25,899 bases of DNA from a virus (Duplodnaviria; Caudoviricetes): positions 1 through 25,899 of IMG/VR virus record IMGVR_UViG_3300017646_000153; one strand, written 5' to 3'. The notes beneath the pieces were generated by a model, which did no database searches, was not told the origin of the DNA, and saw only the letters and a program-made list of their open reading frames with translations. Within the stretch, counting starts at the first letter, position 1. Every line of letters starts with the position of its first letter. Shown piece by piece: positions 1 to 8,522 of this stretch. The position numbers and the translations under genes are program-made.

Positions 1-111
1 CAGGACCAGCTTAGTGTGCGGCGTAATGAGCGCCAGCGCGAATGGGAGAATGGTCAAGTTCCACGACTGTAACGCTTTGAAACCCTTGACGCGATTCACT
101 TCATGGGAGAA

Positions 112-141
112 AACGCCCCGACGTGGCGAACGTGGGGCGTT
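112..141 (-). terminator. Hairpin downstream of the minus-strand small-gene operon, probable intrinsic terminator
   Basis: AACGCCCC(G)ACGT-GGCGA-ACGT-GGGGCGTT inverted repeat ~20 nt past the stop at 164; short T run follows on the minus strand. Confidence 0.5.
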
Positions 142-163
142 GGGGCGAAACCCACAGGCGGCG

Positions 164-598
164 TTACCCGTTGGCGGCGAACTTCCCGCGTTCGGTCTTC
201 TTGAACCGGGCGTCGTTTCCCTTCTCGTTAATCTCCCGCAGGATGGCGCTGTAGAGCGTGGCGTGCGGCGTCTTGCCGCCGGGACTCGACCAGAGATTCT
301 TGGCGGCCATCGCCTCGATCATCTCCTTGGCGTTCATCGCGGTCTTAGAATCGACCAGCACCTGGGCGGCGGCATCGATCGCGCTGAGTTTTTTGGTCTT
401 GGCGTCGTGGTTGTCATTGGCCTTCGCCTTGGCCCTCTTGGCGCGGGCCGCCTCGAGCTTCTTCGTCTCCTCCAGGTCGAGTTGGCTGCGGGGGGCGTCG
501 CCCGTCCGTGCCTTCTTCGCCGGCTCGGCCTTCGGGGCCTTCGCGGTCTTAGTCGCTTTAGCGGCGGCGGCCTTCTTGGTGGTCTTGGTCTTGGACAT
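164..598 (-). CDS. Lys/Ala-rich protein with C-terminal winged HTH (HARE-HTH-like), prophage copy
   Basis: ATG 598 with AGGAG upstream; basic low-complexity N-terminus then GGKTPHATLYSAILREI...RFKKTERGKF; close paralogue at 17253-17636. Confidence 0.8.
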   Translation of the reverse strand: MSKTKTTKKAAAAKATKTAKAPKAEPAKKARTGDAPRSQLDLEETKKLEAARAKRAKAKANDNHDAKTKKLSAIDAAAQVLVDSKTAMNAKEMIEAMAAKNLWSSPGGKTPHATLYSAILREINEKGNDARFKKTERGKFAANG

Positions 599-629
599 GG
601 TTCTTCTCCTAGTCTTGGGTCGCGATGGT

Positions 630-702
630 GTGGCTGCCATCTTCAGGCGGCGGGAACCACCCGCCGCGACGCCCGCCGGCCAAGGCCGGCCAGCGTTTCG
701 GC
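630..702 (-). ncRNA. Type II hammerhead ribozyme (copy 1)
   Basis: Minus strand: GCC-GAAAC-stem III hairpin-GUC-stem I (GCGGCGGG/CCCGCCGC)-CUGAAGA-U-GGC-AGCCAC; 3' AGCCAC complementary to loop I GUGGUU. Confidence 0.85.
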
Positions 703-703
703 T

Positions 704-964
704 TTACCGTGCGACCTGCCAGGCCCGCTTCGTGCCATAACACAGTTGCTGGCCCTCGACGATGTAGACCACATCGTCGTCATCCACATCGCCGTCATCT
801 TCGGGGTCGTCTTCGTCGCCTGCCTCGTTGATCTCCTCTCCCGAGGCGACGCCCGCGATGGCGTTTTCGAAGGGGTAGTGAGATTGCGTCATCAGGCGGA
901 CCTCCACGTCCCCGAGTTCGTCGCGGTACTCTTCCAGGCGTTCGATCAATTCGCTTACGGTCAT
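704..964 (-). CDS. Small acidic hypothetical phage protein
   Basis: ATG 964 with GAGGAG upstream (MTVSELIERLEEY...); upstream ATGs at 1003/1000 lie inside the ribozyme. Confidence 0.7.
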   Translation of the reverse strand: MTVSELIERLEEYRDELGDVEVRLMTQSHYPFENAIAGVASGEEINEAGDEDDPEDDGDVDDDDVVYIVEGQQLCYGTKRAWQVAR

Positions 965-989
965 GGTCTTGCTCCTCGCGTCGGGAAAT

Positions 990-1054
990 GTGGCTGCCAT
1001 CATCAGGCCCGGCGAACCACCGCCGGGCGACGCGGGTCACGCCCGCGTTTCGGC
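990..1054 (-). ncRNA. Type II hammerhead ribozyme (copy 2)
   Basis: Minus strand: GCC-GAAAC-GCGGG(CGUGA)CCCGC-GUC-GCCCGGCG(GUGGUU)CGCCGGGC-CUGAUGA-U-GGC-AGCCAC; complete catalytic core. Confidence 0.9.
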
Positions 1055-1294
1055 TTACATGTCCTCTTCGTCGAACCCTCCCAGGAAGCAGACTGCCTGC
1101 GAAAGCAGGTCGTTGACGTGCGACAGGTTCCCGACATGCCCCCAATGAATCGGGTGTTCTTCGATCCCGGGCGCGGGCTGGTCTTGGAGCAGCTCGCGAA
1201 GGCAATCGAGCAGGTCTTGCGCGACGAGGTGGGCGTTCTCGTAGGCGGCTTCGGCTTCCAGTCGCGGCTTCTTGTTTTCGGGCTTCGCGTTCAT
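1055..1294 (-). CDS. Small hypothetical phage protein
   Basis: ATG 1294 with GGAG upstream (MNAKPENKK...HWGHVG...); TAA abuts the ribozyme. Confidence 0.7.
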   Translation of the reverse strand: MNAKPENKKPRLEAEAAYENAHLVAQDLLDCLRELLQDQPAPGIEEHPIHWGHVGNLSHVNDLLSQAVCFLGGFDEEDM

Positions 1295-1339
1295 CGTTCG
1301 TCTCCGGGCGTTGGTGGTTGGTGTGCGTCTTACGACACA

Positions 1340-1379
1340 CACACATGAGCCAGCCCGCGTCGAAAACATCAAGCGCGGT
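1340..1379 (-). promoter_or_regulatory. Promoter-like motif upstream of the small-gene operon
   Basis: Minus strand ACCGCGCTTGATGT...TGGCTCATGTGTG; near-identical motif at 17155-17194 upstream of the paralogous gene. Confidence 0.55.
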
Positions 1380-1441
1380 GTTGGCAATCCGCAGCAGAAT
1401 TCCGCAGTTTTTTTCCCGGCGATTTAGGGCGGCCTAAAACC

Positions 1442-1672
1442 ATGTCAGGCGACGAATCCCGCAAGCCGATCAACCCCGCGGCGCTGACGCCGTCTGACGC
1501 CGCGCGCCTGCTGGCCAAGGTGGGCGGGCCATCGATCACCGAGGCGATGCTCCGAGACGACCTGGCGGCCGGTGCGCCGACGAACGCCGACGGAACGATC
1601 AATCTGGTCCACTATTGCGCGTGGCTGGTGCGCGAAATGAACCGCAGCGCGGGAGGACGCAATGGCGGCTGA
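1442..1672 (+). CDS. Small HTH protein, probable terminase small-subunit-like (Nu1-type DNA-binding domain)
   Basis: 76 aa, overlaps start of large terminase; GAP...G.INL..Y.AWL pattern resembles the gpNu1 winged HTH. Confidence 0.55.
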   Translation: MSGDESRKPINPAALTPSDAARLLAKVGGPSITEAMLRDDLAAGAPTNADGTINLVHYCAWLVREMNRSAGGRNGG

Positions 1673-3929
1673 CCCGCGCAAACTACGACCGAGCGAACTA
1701 TGCCGATTGTTGAACTCGACGCCGCTGGGCGAGGTCGCCAACGAACGGCAGATGTACCGCTTGCGCACGCGATTCGGTCTACAGGTGGGCGATGCACGGC
1801 ACGTTGATCTGCTTCGCTTGACCGCCAAACTCGTCGAGGTGCGCCACGCGCCGAAGGCGGAACCCGATGGCGACCCATACGAGAAGCTGAAAAATCGAGC
1901 CCGCGCGCGCAACGTGGCGCTCGCCATCGCCGGACGCGACATTGGCGATCTGCCAACGGTGGTTAGTCCCGAGCGCAAGGCGCGGGCGGCATCCGACTTC
2001 CGCTATTTCTGCGATTCGTACTTCCCGCTGACGTTCCACCTGCCCTGGTCGCCCGATCACTTGAAGGTGATCGCCAAAATCGAGCAGGCAGTGATTCGCG
2101 GCGGGCTGTTCGCGATGGCCATGCCGCGCGGCAGCGGCAAGACCACGATCTGCGAATGCGCTTGTATCTGGGCGGTGCTCTACGGGCATCGAGACTTCGT
2201 CTGCCTGATCGGCAGCGACGAAGGCCATTCGATGGACATGCTCGACTCGATCAAGATGGAGCTCGACGGCAACGATCTGCTGCTCGAGGACTTTCCCGAG
2301 GTCGTTTATCCGATCCAGGCGCTGGATGGGATCGCCAACCGCTGCAACGGCCAGCTCTATAAGGGCGAACGAACGCATATCGGTTGGACCGCCCGCGAGA
2401 TCGTACTGCCGACCATGCCCGGTAGCGCCGCCAGCGGCGCGATCATCAAGGTGGCCGGCATCACCGGCCGCGTTCGCGGCATGAAGTACAAGCGGGCCGA
2501 TGGCCACACGGTGCGGCCCGCGTTGGTCGTGATCGATGACCCTCAAACGGATGAGAGCGCTCGGTCGCTGTCGCAGTGCGCGACCCGTGAAGGCATCCTG
2601 GCCGGCGCGATCCTCGGCCTCGCTGGTCCCGGTAAGAAGATCAGTGGCATCATGCCTTGCACCGTCATCCGGCCAGGGGACATGGCCGATAACATCCTCT
2701 CGCGCGATAGGCATCCCGAATGGAATGGGGAGCGCACGAAGATGGTGTATGCGTTCCCCACCGACGAGAAGAAGTGGCAGCGGTACGGCGAGCTCCGCGC
2801 CGAAAGCCTCCGCGAGCACGGAGACATCCGTTTGGCGACGGAGTTTTACGCCGCTGATCGCGAGGCGATGGACGCCGGCGCGGAGATCGCCTGGCCCGAG
2901 CGGTACAACCACGACGAGCTGTCGGCGGTCCAGCACGCGATGAATCTGAGGCTGCAGGACGAGGCGGCCTTCTTCGCGGAATACCAGAACGAGCCGCTCC
3001 CTGCGGAAGCCTCCGAAGTCGACGAGCTCACGGCCGACCAGATCGCGAGCAAGACGAACCGCATGCGGCGCGGCGAAGTGCCGATCGGCTGCAATCATCT
3101 GACCATGTTCATCGACGTGCAGCAGGCGCTGTTGTTCTTCGTGGTGACAGCCTGGGAGCACGATTTCACCGGCTACGTCGTCGATTACGGCTCGTTCCCC
3201 GATCAGCAGCGGCCGTACTTCACGCTCCGCGACGCCCGATTGACGCTCGCCGCCGCGACGCGGGCGGCGGGCCTGGAGGGATCGATCTACGCCGGCCTGG
3301 AAGCGTTGACGACCAGTTTCCTCACCCGCGAGTGGCGGCGCGACGACGGGGCCATGCTACGGATCGAGCGCTGCCTGATTGACGCCAACTGGGGTTCCAG
3401 CACCGACGTGGTCTATCAGTTCTGCCGCCAGTCGGCGCAGGCAGGCGTGGTGATGCCCAGCCACGGTCGGTTCGTCGGGGCTTCGAGCCAGCCGTTTTCC
3501 GAATACAAACGCCGCCCCGGCGACCGCGTCGGACACAACTGGCGGATGCCCAATGTGGCCGGCAAGCGGGCGGTGCGGCATGTGGTGTACGACACCAACT
3601 TCTGGAAATCCTTCGTCTATGCCCGACTGGCCGTGGCGATGGGGGACCGCGGCTGCCTATCGCTCTTCGGCGACGGTCCCGATCAGCATCGACTCTTCGC
3701 CGAGCACCTCACGTCGGAATACCGAGTGAAAACCGAAGGGCGCGGCCGCACGGTGGACGAATGGAAACAGCGTCCCGAGCGGGGCGACAACCACTGGCTC
3801 GACTGTTTGGTCGGCTGCGCCGTAGCGGCCTCAATCCAGGGCGCGGTGCTCGAGGGCACTGGCGGAACGACGGCGGTGCGGCGCGAGCGGGTAAGCTTCG
3901 CTGAAATGCAGCGGAGGCGACGAGGATGA
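1662..3929 (+). CDS. Terminase large subunit (lambda GpA-like)
   Basis: 755 aa; Walker A PRGSGKTT, Walker B VVIDD, nuclease acidic motifs FIDVQ, LIDAN, NHWLDC; upstream of portal. Confidence 0.9.
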   Translation: MAADPRKLRPSELCRLLNSTPLGEVANERQMYRLRTRFGLQVGDARHVDLLRLTAKLVEVRHAPKAEPDGDPYEKLKNRARARNVALAIAGRDIGDLPTVVSPERKARAASDFRYFCDSYFPLTFHLPWSPDHLKVIAKIEQAVIRGGLFAMAMPRGSGKTTICECACIWAVLYGHRDFVCLIGSDEGHSMDMLDSIKMELDGNDLLLEDFPEVVYPIQALDGIANRCNGQLYKGERTHIGWTAREIVLPTMPGSAASGAIIKVAGITGRVRGMKYKRADGHTVRPALVVIDDPQTDESARSLSQCATREGILAGAILGLAGPGKKISGIMPCTVIRPGDMADNILSRDRHPEWNGERTKMVYAFPTDEKKWQRYGELRAESLREHGDIRLATEFYAADREAMDAGAEIAWPERYNHDELSAVQHAMNLRLQDEAAFFAEYQNEPLPAEASEVDELTADQIASKTNRMRRGEVPIGCNHLTMFIDVQQALLFFVVTAWEHDFTGYVVDYGSFPDQQRPYFTLRDARLTLAAATRAAGLEGSIYAGLEALTTSFLTREWRRDDGAMLRIERCLIDANWGSSTDVVYQFCRQSAQAGVVMPSHGRFVGASSQPFSEYKRRPGDRVGHNWRMPNVAGKRAVRHVVYDTNFWKSFVYARLAVAMGDRGCLSLFGDGPDQHRLFAEHLTSEYRVKTEGRGRTVDEWKQRPERGDNHWLDCLVGCAVAASIQGAVLEGTGGTTAVRRERVSFAEMQRRRRG

Positions 3930-4117
3930 AACGCCCCCTCCCCTCGCAGCCCCAGCGTGGCATCGAATGCCCAAAGTGCGGTTGCCGCCACTTCTACACC
4001 ACCCATACAGAGCCGCTGCGCGACGGCCGCATTCGCCGCCGCAAGTTCTGCCGCCACTGCGGCCGCAAGATCATCACCTACGAGGCTTTTCCTCAGCGGC
4101 CGGCGGCGGACTGCTAG
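3926..4117 (+). CDS. Zn-ribbon protein (Ogr/Delta- or NrdR-N-like), possible late regulator
   Basis: CPKC...IRRRKFCRHC...TYE; ATGA overlap with terminase stop. Confidence 0.7.
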   Translation: MKRPLPSQPQRGIECPKCGCRHFYTTHTEPLRDGRIRRRKFCRHCGRKIITYEAFPQRPAADC

Positions 4118-4229
4118 ATGTAGCACGATCCGCCATTTCTTGCCGCGCCGCTCCGTCAGTTCGCGGAAGAACCGGGTCTTTATCCCATTAGGCGTTCGTA
4201 TCGCCGCGCTGTCTTGGGAGCGACCCCGC

Positions 4230-4427
4230 ATGGCTGACAACCTTGAAGACGCGATCCGCGAAAACGCCCAGGGGCCGGCGAAGGCCGCGGGCGATTCCGG
4301 CTCGATGGAGCAGCACAAGCTTCCCGACCAGATCGCGGCGGACAAGTATCTGGCGTCGAAGGACGCCGCTAAGTCGAAGCGCCGCGGTCTGGTGTTCAAC
4401 AAGTTCGTTCCGCCGGGGGCAGAGTAG
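4230..4427 (+). CDS. Small phage protein, head-completion (gpW) position
   Basis: ATG 4230 after GGGAG; 65 aa; stop overlaps the portal GTG; function from synteny only. Confidence 0.6.
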   Translation: MADNLEDAIRENAQGPAKAAGDSGSMEQHKLPDQIAADKYLASKDAAKSKRRGLVFNKFVPPGAE

Positions 4428-5395
4428 TGCTGGGTTGGCTCACCAATCTGTTCGCGTCGAAAGCGCCACAGCCGGTTCCTGGCCGGGCGGTGCGGATCGT
4501 GCGCGCAAAGTACGACGCCGCGGCGACGAACGCCGACAACCGCCGGCATTGGTCGAACGCGGACGGTCTGTCCGCCAACGCCGCCAACAGCCCCGATGTA
4601 CGCCGCATTCTGCGGAACCGGGCCCGGTACGAAATCGCCAACAACAGTTACGCCCGCGGCATTGCGCTCACCTTGGCGAACGACGTGGTGGGCACCGGCC
4701 CCCGTTTGCAACTCCTCACGACAGACTCAGACGCCAACGGCCGGATCGAACAGGCGTTCATGCAATGGTCCAAGGCGGTTGGGCTGGCCGAGAAGCTCCG
4801 CACCATGCGGTTGGCTCGCGCTTCTGACGGCGAGGCGTTCGGCATCCTGACGAGCAACCCCGCGCTTGCGACCGCCATCCAGCTCGACCTGCGACTGGTC
4901 GAAGCGGACCAGGTCTGCACGCCCGACCTGTTCCGCGCCGATCCCAACGCCATCGACGGCATCGTGTTCGACGCCGCCGGCAACCCGACCGAATACCACG
5001 TCCTGCGGCAGCATCCAGGCGACATGTCGGCGAGCGGTGGCCGCGAATATGACCGAGTCGCTGCTGAATCGATGATCCACTGGTTCCGCGCCGACCGGCC
5101 GGGTCAAGCGCGGGGCATTCCCGATATCATGCCGGCGCTGCCGCTGTTCGCGCAGTTGCGGCGCTTCACGCTTGCGGTGCTGGCCGCCGCCGAAACGGCC
5201 GCTGACTTCGCCGGCATCCTCTACACCGACGCGCCGGCCAACGGCGAAGCGGACGCCGCCGAACCGTTCGAGCCGATCGAACTCGAAAAACGCGCGCTGC
5301 TGACGATGCCGGGCGGCTGGAAGATGAGCCAGATGGAAGCGGAGCAGCCGGCGTTGAGCAACCTAGGGCATTTTCAACTGGGGGCTGTGGCATGA
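4427..5395 (+). pseudogene. Lambda-family portal protein, 5' part (interrupted); reads into the element and stops at 5395
   Basis: YDAA, LRNRARYE..NN.YA, RPGQARG.P motifs; portal sequence ends at MEAEQPA and continues at 21184. Confidence 0.9.
5335..5377 (+). repeat. attL of inserted element (crossover CA at 5345-5346)
   Basis: GCGGAG-CA-GCCG-GCGTTGAG-N12-TTTTCAA; element-side arm is the inverted complement of the arm at 21153-21179. Confidence 0.8.
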
Positions 5396-5598
5396 GCACG
5401 GACGTTTCTATCAACGCAGAGCCGGCCGGAATTCCGTCCTCGGCAGCGGAAGCGTGGGCTGCGGTCTACATCGATGTTGCCGAGAAGCTCGACGCCGAAG
5501 CGCAACCAGCCGCAGGCGTCCAACCTTCGTCGAAGCAAGACGACAACGCTGCTGCCAACGCGCAACAAGTCGGAGAGGTCGAATGCCCAAGTACATAA
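5392..5598 (+). CDS. Small hypothetical protein, first gene of the element
   Basis: 68 aa; ATG overlaps truncated-portal TGA (ATGA); GGGGG upstream. Confidence 0.55.
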   Translation: MSTDVSINAEPAGIPSSAAEAWAAVYIDVAEKLDAEAQPAAGVQPSSKQDDNAAANAQQVGEVECPST

Positions 5599-5816
5599 CC
5601 TGTGAAGCAGATCTGAATTTCCCGGTGCCCAATGCGGAGCGAGTTGCGGCGCAGGTGCGAGCCATGTTCGACGGAAGACACCCGGTTACCGCCAGGGCGG
5701 TAGCGCAGGTGTTCGGCCTGAGCGAAGGAGCGATTGCGGCCGTGCTGCGCCGCGCCGAGAACTGCGGGATGGTGCGAAACATCGAATGCCGCGGGTGGAT
5801 TCCGTTGGAAACGTGA
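5583..5816 (+). CDS. Small winged-HTH protein (candidate excision/regulatory factor)
   Basis: ATG 5583 after GGAGAGG; 77 aa; HPVTARAVAQVFGLSEGAIAAVLRRAENCGMVR...GW resembles the recombinase C-terminus. Confidence 0.7.
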   Translation: MPKYITCEADLNFPVPNAERVAAQVRAMFDGRHPVTARAVAQVFGLSEGAIAAVLRRAENCGMVRNIECRGWIPLET

Positions 5817-5870
5817 TCGCCGGCATTGGCTCGCTCTGCGTCGCTAGTTCGTTTCCACGGAGGTGTCGGT

Positions 5871-8168
5871 ATGCCGATTGATCGCTTGGCTCTGCTGGAT
5901 TGGCTGCTCCCGCACTGCGAGCCGGGCACCGCGAGCATCATGTACCCGAAGGGAAAGAGCGACGGGCCAGGTTGGGCCAATGGCGAATCTGATGTCGCAC
6001 GGGCCATCGAGGCGTATCGGGCCGGCGCGTTGAGCGCCGAGCAGTTCTCGTCGATCACCCAGGACGGCAAGCAATACGTCATTGCCGGCGGCACTCGCCT
6101 CGGGCTTGTTCCGCACCGTGATGGTCTGGTCGCCCGCTTCTGCCTCGACTTCGATGACCATGAAGGCGACGGTGGCAATGTTCATCTGGCCCAGGCTGTT
6201 GACCGCTTCCTTGGCGCGGAGTCGATCAAGTTCACCAGCAAAGGCGGCAGGGGATTGCATTGCCACTATGCCTTGGCCGAGCCGATGTCGGTTGAGGCGT
6301 TCGTCGAGTGGGCCAAGGCCTGGGGATTCAACAAGCGCGGCGACATCGAGTGCTTCCCCAAGACGCCCAAGCGCTCGCAGATGTGGTTGCCGAACGAGCC
6401 CAATGAAAACGGTGGCGACGCCCATCGCGGTGGCGACTTTGAGTCGTGCCTGATTGCCGCACTACCGCCTGCGCCGTCGCGTCGCCTCAACAAGGCAACC
6501 CTCGACTTCCTGCGCGGCTTCGTTGCTCCAGGCTATCGCAACGACGCGCTCAACAAGGCGGCCTATCACTGCGCCAAGAATCGAATTGGCGAGACGGAAG
6601 CCCGCACGCTTTGCCTGCACGGTGCGGAACTCTGCGGCCTACTGGCCGACGAACCCGACCAGACGCGCACGACCTTCATTAGCGGTTACCACTCGGGCAG
6701 CGAGGAAGTCCGCCTGCGGCAACCGAAGGTCACTGAGGATCGTACTGCCGCGCCCGATCTGCTTCGCGGCCTGGGCTGCACCGACTTCGGCAATGCACAA
6801 CGGCTTGTGCGTCGCCACGGGCAGCACCTGCGGTACTGCTACGAGTTCAACCAGTGGCTCGCCTGGACCGGCACACATTGGTCGTTCGACCAGGCCGTTG
6901 CTGAACGCCATGCGAAAGACACCGTGCTGAGCATCTACTCGGAGGTGGGCCAGTTGGCCGACGCGAAGGACCGCGAAGCACTTCATCGGCATGCGTTGCT
7001 TTCGGAACAGGCGTCGAGGATCGCAGCCATGTTGTCGTTGGCCCGTAGCGAACCGGGCATTGCAATTCGTCCTGACGACCTCGACCGCGACACCTGGTTG
7101 CTGAACTGCACGAACGGGACCATCGATCTGACGACTGGTGAACTGCGCCCTCACCGGCAGGCTGACCTCATCACGCGCTGTTTGAGCTTCCCGTTCGACG
7201 CCGACGCAACATGCCCGCGGTGGGAGGCGTTCTTGAGCCGTATCATGGATGGCAACGCCGACCTGCTCGGCTTCATCCAGCGGGCCGTGGGGTACACCGT
7301 CACCGGCTCAACGGCCGAGCGCTGCATGTTCATCCTTCACGGCGGAGGCAAGAACGGAAAGACGGTCTTCCTCGAAGGGCTGCGGCTGTTGTTGGGCGAT
7401 GGCTATACCGCTCGCACGCCAACCCAAACCCTGCTGGCCAAGCGCGGCGACACCATTCCGAACGATGTGGCCCGCCTGCGCGGCGTCCGATTAGTGACAG
7501 CGAGTGAAACCGGCGACGGCAATCGGCTCGACGAAGCGCTCGTCAAGGATCTGTCCGGCGGCGACCGGATCGTCGCCCGTTTTATGCGCGGTGAATGGTT
7601 TGAGTTCACGCCACACTTCAAGATTTACCTCAGCACGAATTACCGGCCTCGCATATCGGGCACCGACGACGCCATCTGGGATCGACTGCGGCTTGTGCCA
7701 TTTCTGATCCGCATCCCCGAGGAAGAGCGCCGGCCGATGGAAACTATGCTGGGCGAGTTCGAAGTGGAACTCGCCGGCATCTGCAATTGGGCCATTCGCG
7801 GCTGTCTTGACTGGCAGCGCTACGGCATGGGCGAACCGCCCGAGGTGCGGATCGCGACCACCGAATACCGCGATGACATGGATGTGCTGGGCGACTTCCT
7901 GGCCGAGTGCTGCGTTGTGCATCCCGACGCCAGAGTGTCGAGCCAAGAGGTCTATGCCGAATACCGGCGGTGGGCGACCGACGCCGGTGAGCGCGTGCTG
8001 CCGCAGAAACGCTTTTCGCAATGGATGGAACATCGTGGTTCACAAGGCGGCTTCCGCAAACAGCACACCAAGCGCGGGAAGCAATGGCATGGACTCGGTC
8101 TGGCGTTCGAAACGGCGACGTTGGGCGTCCGCGAGCAGGACCAAGATGGTGACGGGACGAACTTTTGA
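5871..8168 (+). CDS. P4/D5-family primase-helicase (AEP primase + SF3 helicase)
   Basis: ATG 5871 after GGAGG; AEP motifs LDFD and SKGGRGLH; D5_N-like TDFGNAQR and LLNCTNGTIDL; Walker A GGGKNGKT; STNYRP. Confidence 0.92.
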   Translation: MPIDRLALLDWLLPHCEPGTASIMYPKGKSDGPGWANGESDVARAIEAYRAGALSAEQFSSITQDGKQYVIAGGTRLGLVPHRDGLVARFCLDFDDHEGDGGNVHLAQAVDRFLGAESIKFTSKGGRGLHCHYALAEPMSVEAFVEWAKAWGFNKRGDIECFPKTPKRSQMWLPNEPNENGGDAHRGGDFESCLIAALPPAPSRRLNKATLDFLRGFVAPGYRNDALNKAAYHCAKNRIGETEARTLCLHGAELCGLLADEPDQTRTTFISGYHSGSEEVRLRQPKVTEDRTAAPDLLRGLGCTDFGNAQRLVRRHGQHLRYCYEFNQWLAWTGTHWSFDQAVAERHAKDTVLSIYSEVGQLADAKDREALHRHALLSEQASRIAAMLSLARSEPGIAIRPDDLDRDTWLLNCTNGTIDLTTGELRPHRQADLITRCLSFPFDADATCPRWEAFLSRIMDGNADLLGFIQRAVGYTVTGSTAERCMFILHGGGKNGKTVFLEGLRLLLGDGYTARTPTQTLLAKRGDTIPNDVARLRGVRLVTASETGDGNRLDEALVKDLSGGDRIVARFMRGEWFEFTPHFKIYLSTNYRPRISGTDDAIWDRLRLVPFLIRIPEEERRPMETMLGEFEVELAGICNWAIRGCLDWQRYGMGEPPEVRIATTEYRDDMDVLGDFLAECCVVHPDARVSSQEVYAEYRRWATDAGERVLPQKRFSQWMEHRGSQGGFRKQHTKRGKQWHGLGLAFETATLGVREQDQDGDGTNF

Positions 8169-8409
8169 CCCGTCACCTGCCGTCACCGTGCGCACGAATC
8201 GAAACGGCAGATTACCGTCACTCCCGTCACGCAGGCGGTCGGTGGGTCGGTTCGGGTGACGCGTGACGGGTAGTGACGGCACTACGGGGTTAATCGCTTC
8301 AAGGCCCAAACATGAACATCAATACGCATAACGCGCTCATGCACACACGCGAGAAGGTCACTATGGGCCGTCATCGCTCAGCAGCCGTCACCTGCCGTCA
8401 TCCCGTCAC
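8149..8409. repeat. CCGTCAC/GTGACGG iteron cluster, probable replication origin
   Basis: Nine exact heptamers (8149, 8170, 8180, 8215, 8224, 8263, 8273, 8385, 8403) plus variants in both orientations around an AT-richer stretch at ~8285-8340. Confidence 0.75.
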
Positions 8410-8522
8410 CGCGCCGACGGCATAGGTACTTCCCCGCGAAGGTCTTTTCCCGAGGCGTGCGGGAACAGCCACCATATCGAGCAGAGTTTGTTTTTGTGGT
8501 CCGAACAACGGAAAGGCGTGTC

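Noticed and set aside
1334-1345. AC dinucleotide run as phase-variable repeat
   Set aside because: Short, intergenic and partly within the conserved upstream motif
14-1348. 444-aa plus-strand ORF
   Set aside because: Antisense shadow of three minus-strand genes and two ribozymes; no motifs
1779-4711. Long minus-strand ORFs (460 aa, 342 aa)
   Set aside because: Antisense to terminase and portal; expected in high-GC DNA
5351-5353. GCG as the crossover core
   Set aside because: Also restores the frame but is off-centre; CA at 5345-5346 is the symmetry centre of both attP and attB
4427-5395. Complete 322-aa portal or frameshifted pseudogene
   Set aside because: The missing C-terminal part lies in frame at 21184-21735
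8149-8409. CRISPR array
   Set aside because: 7-bp repeats, both orientations, irregular spacing, no cas genes
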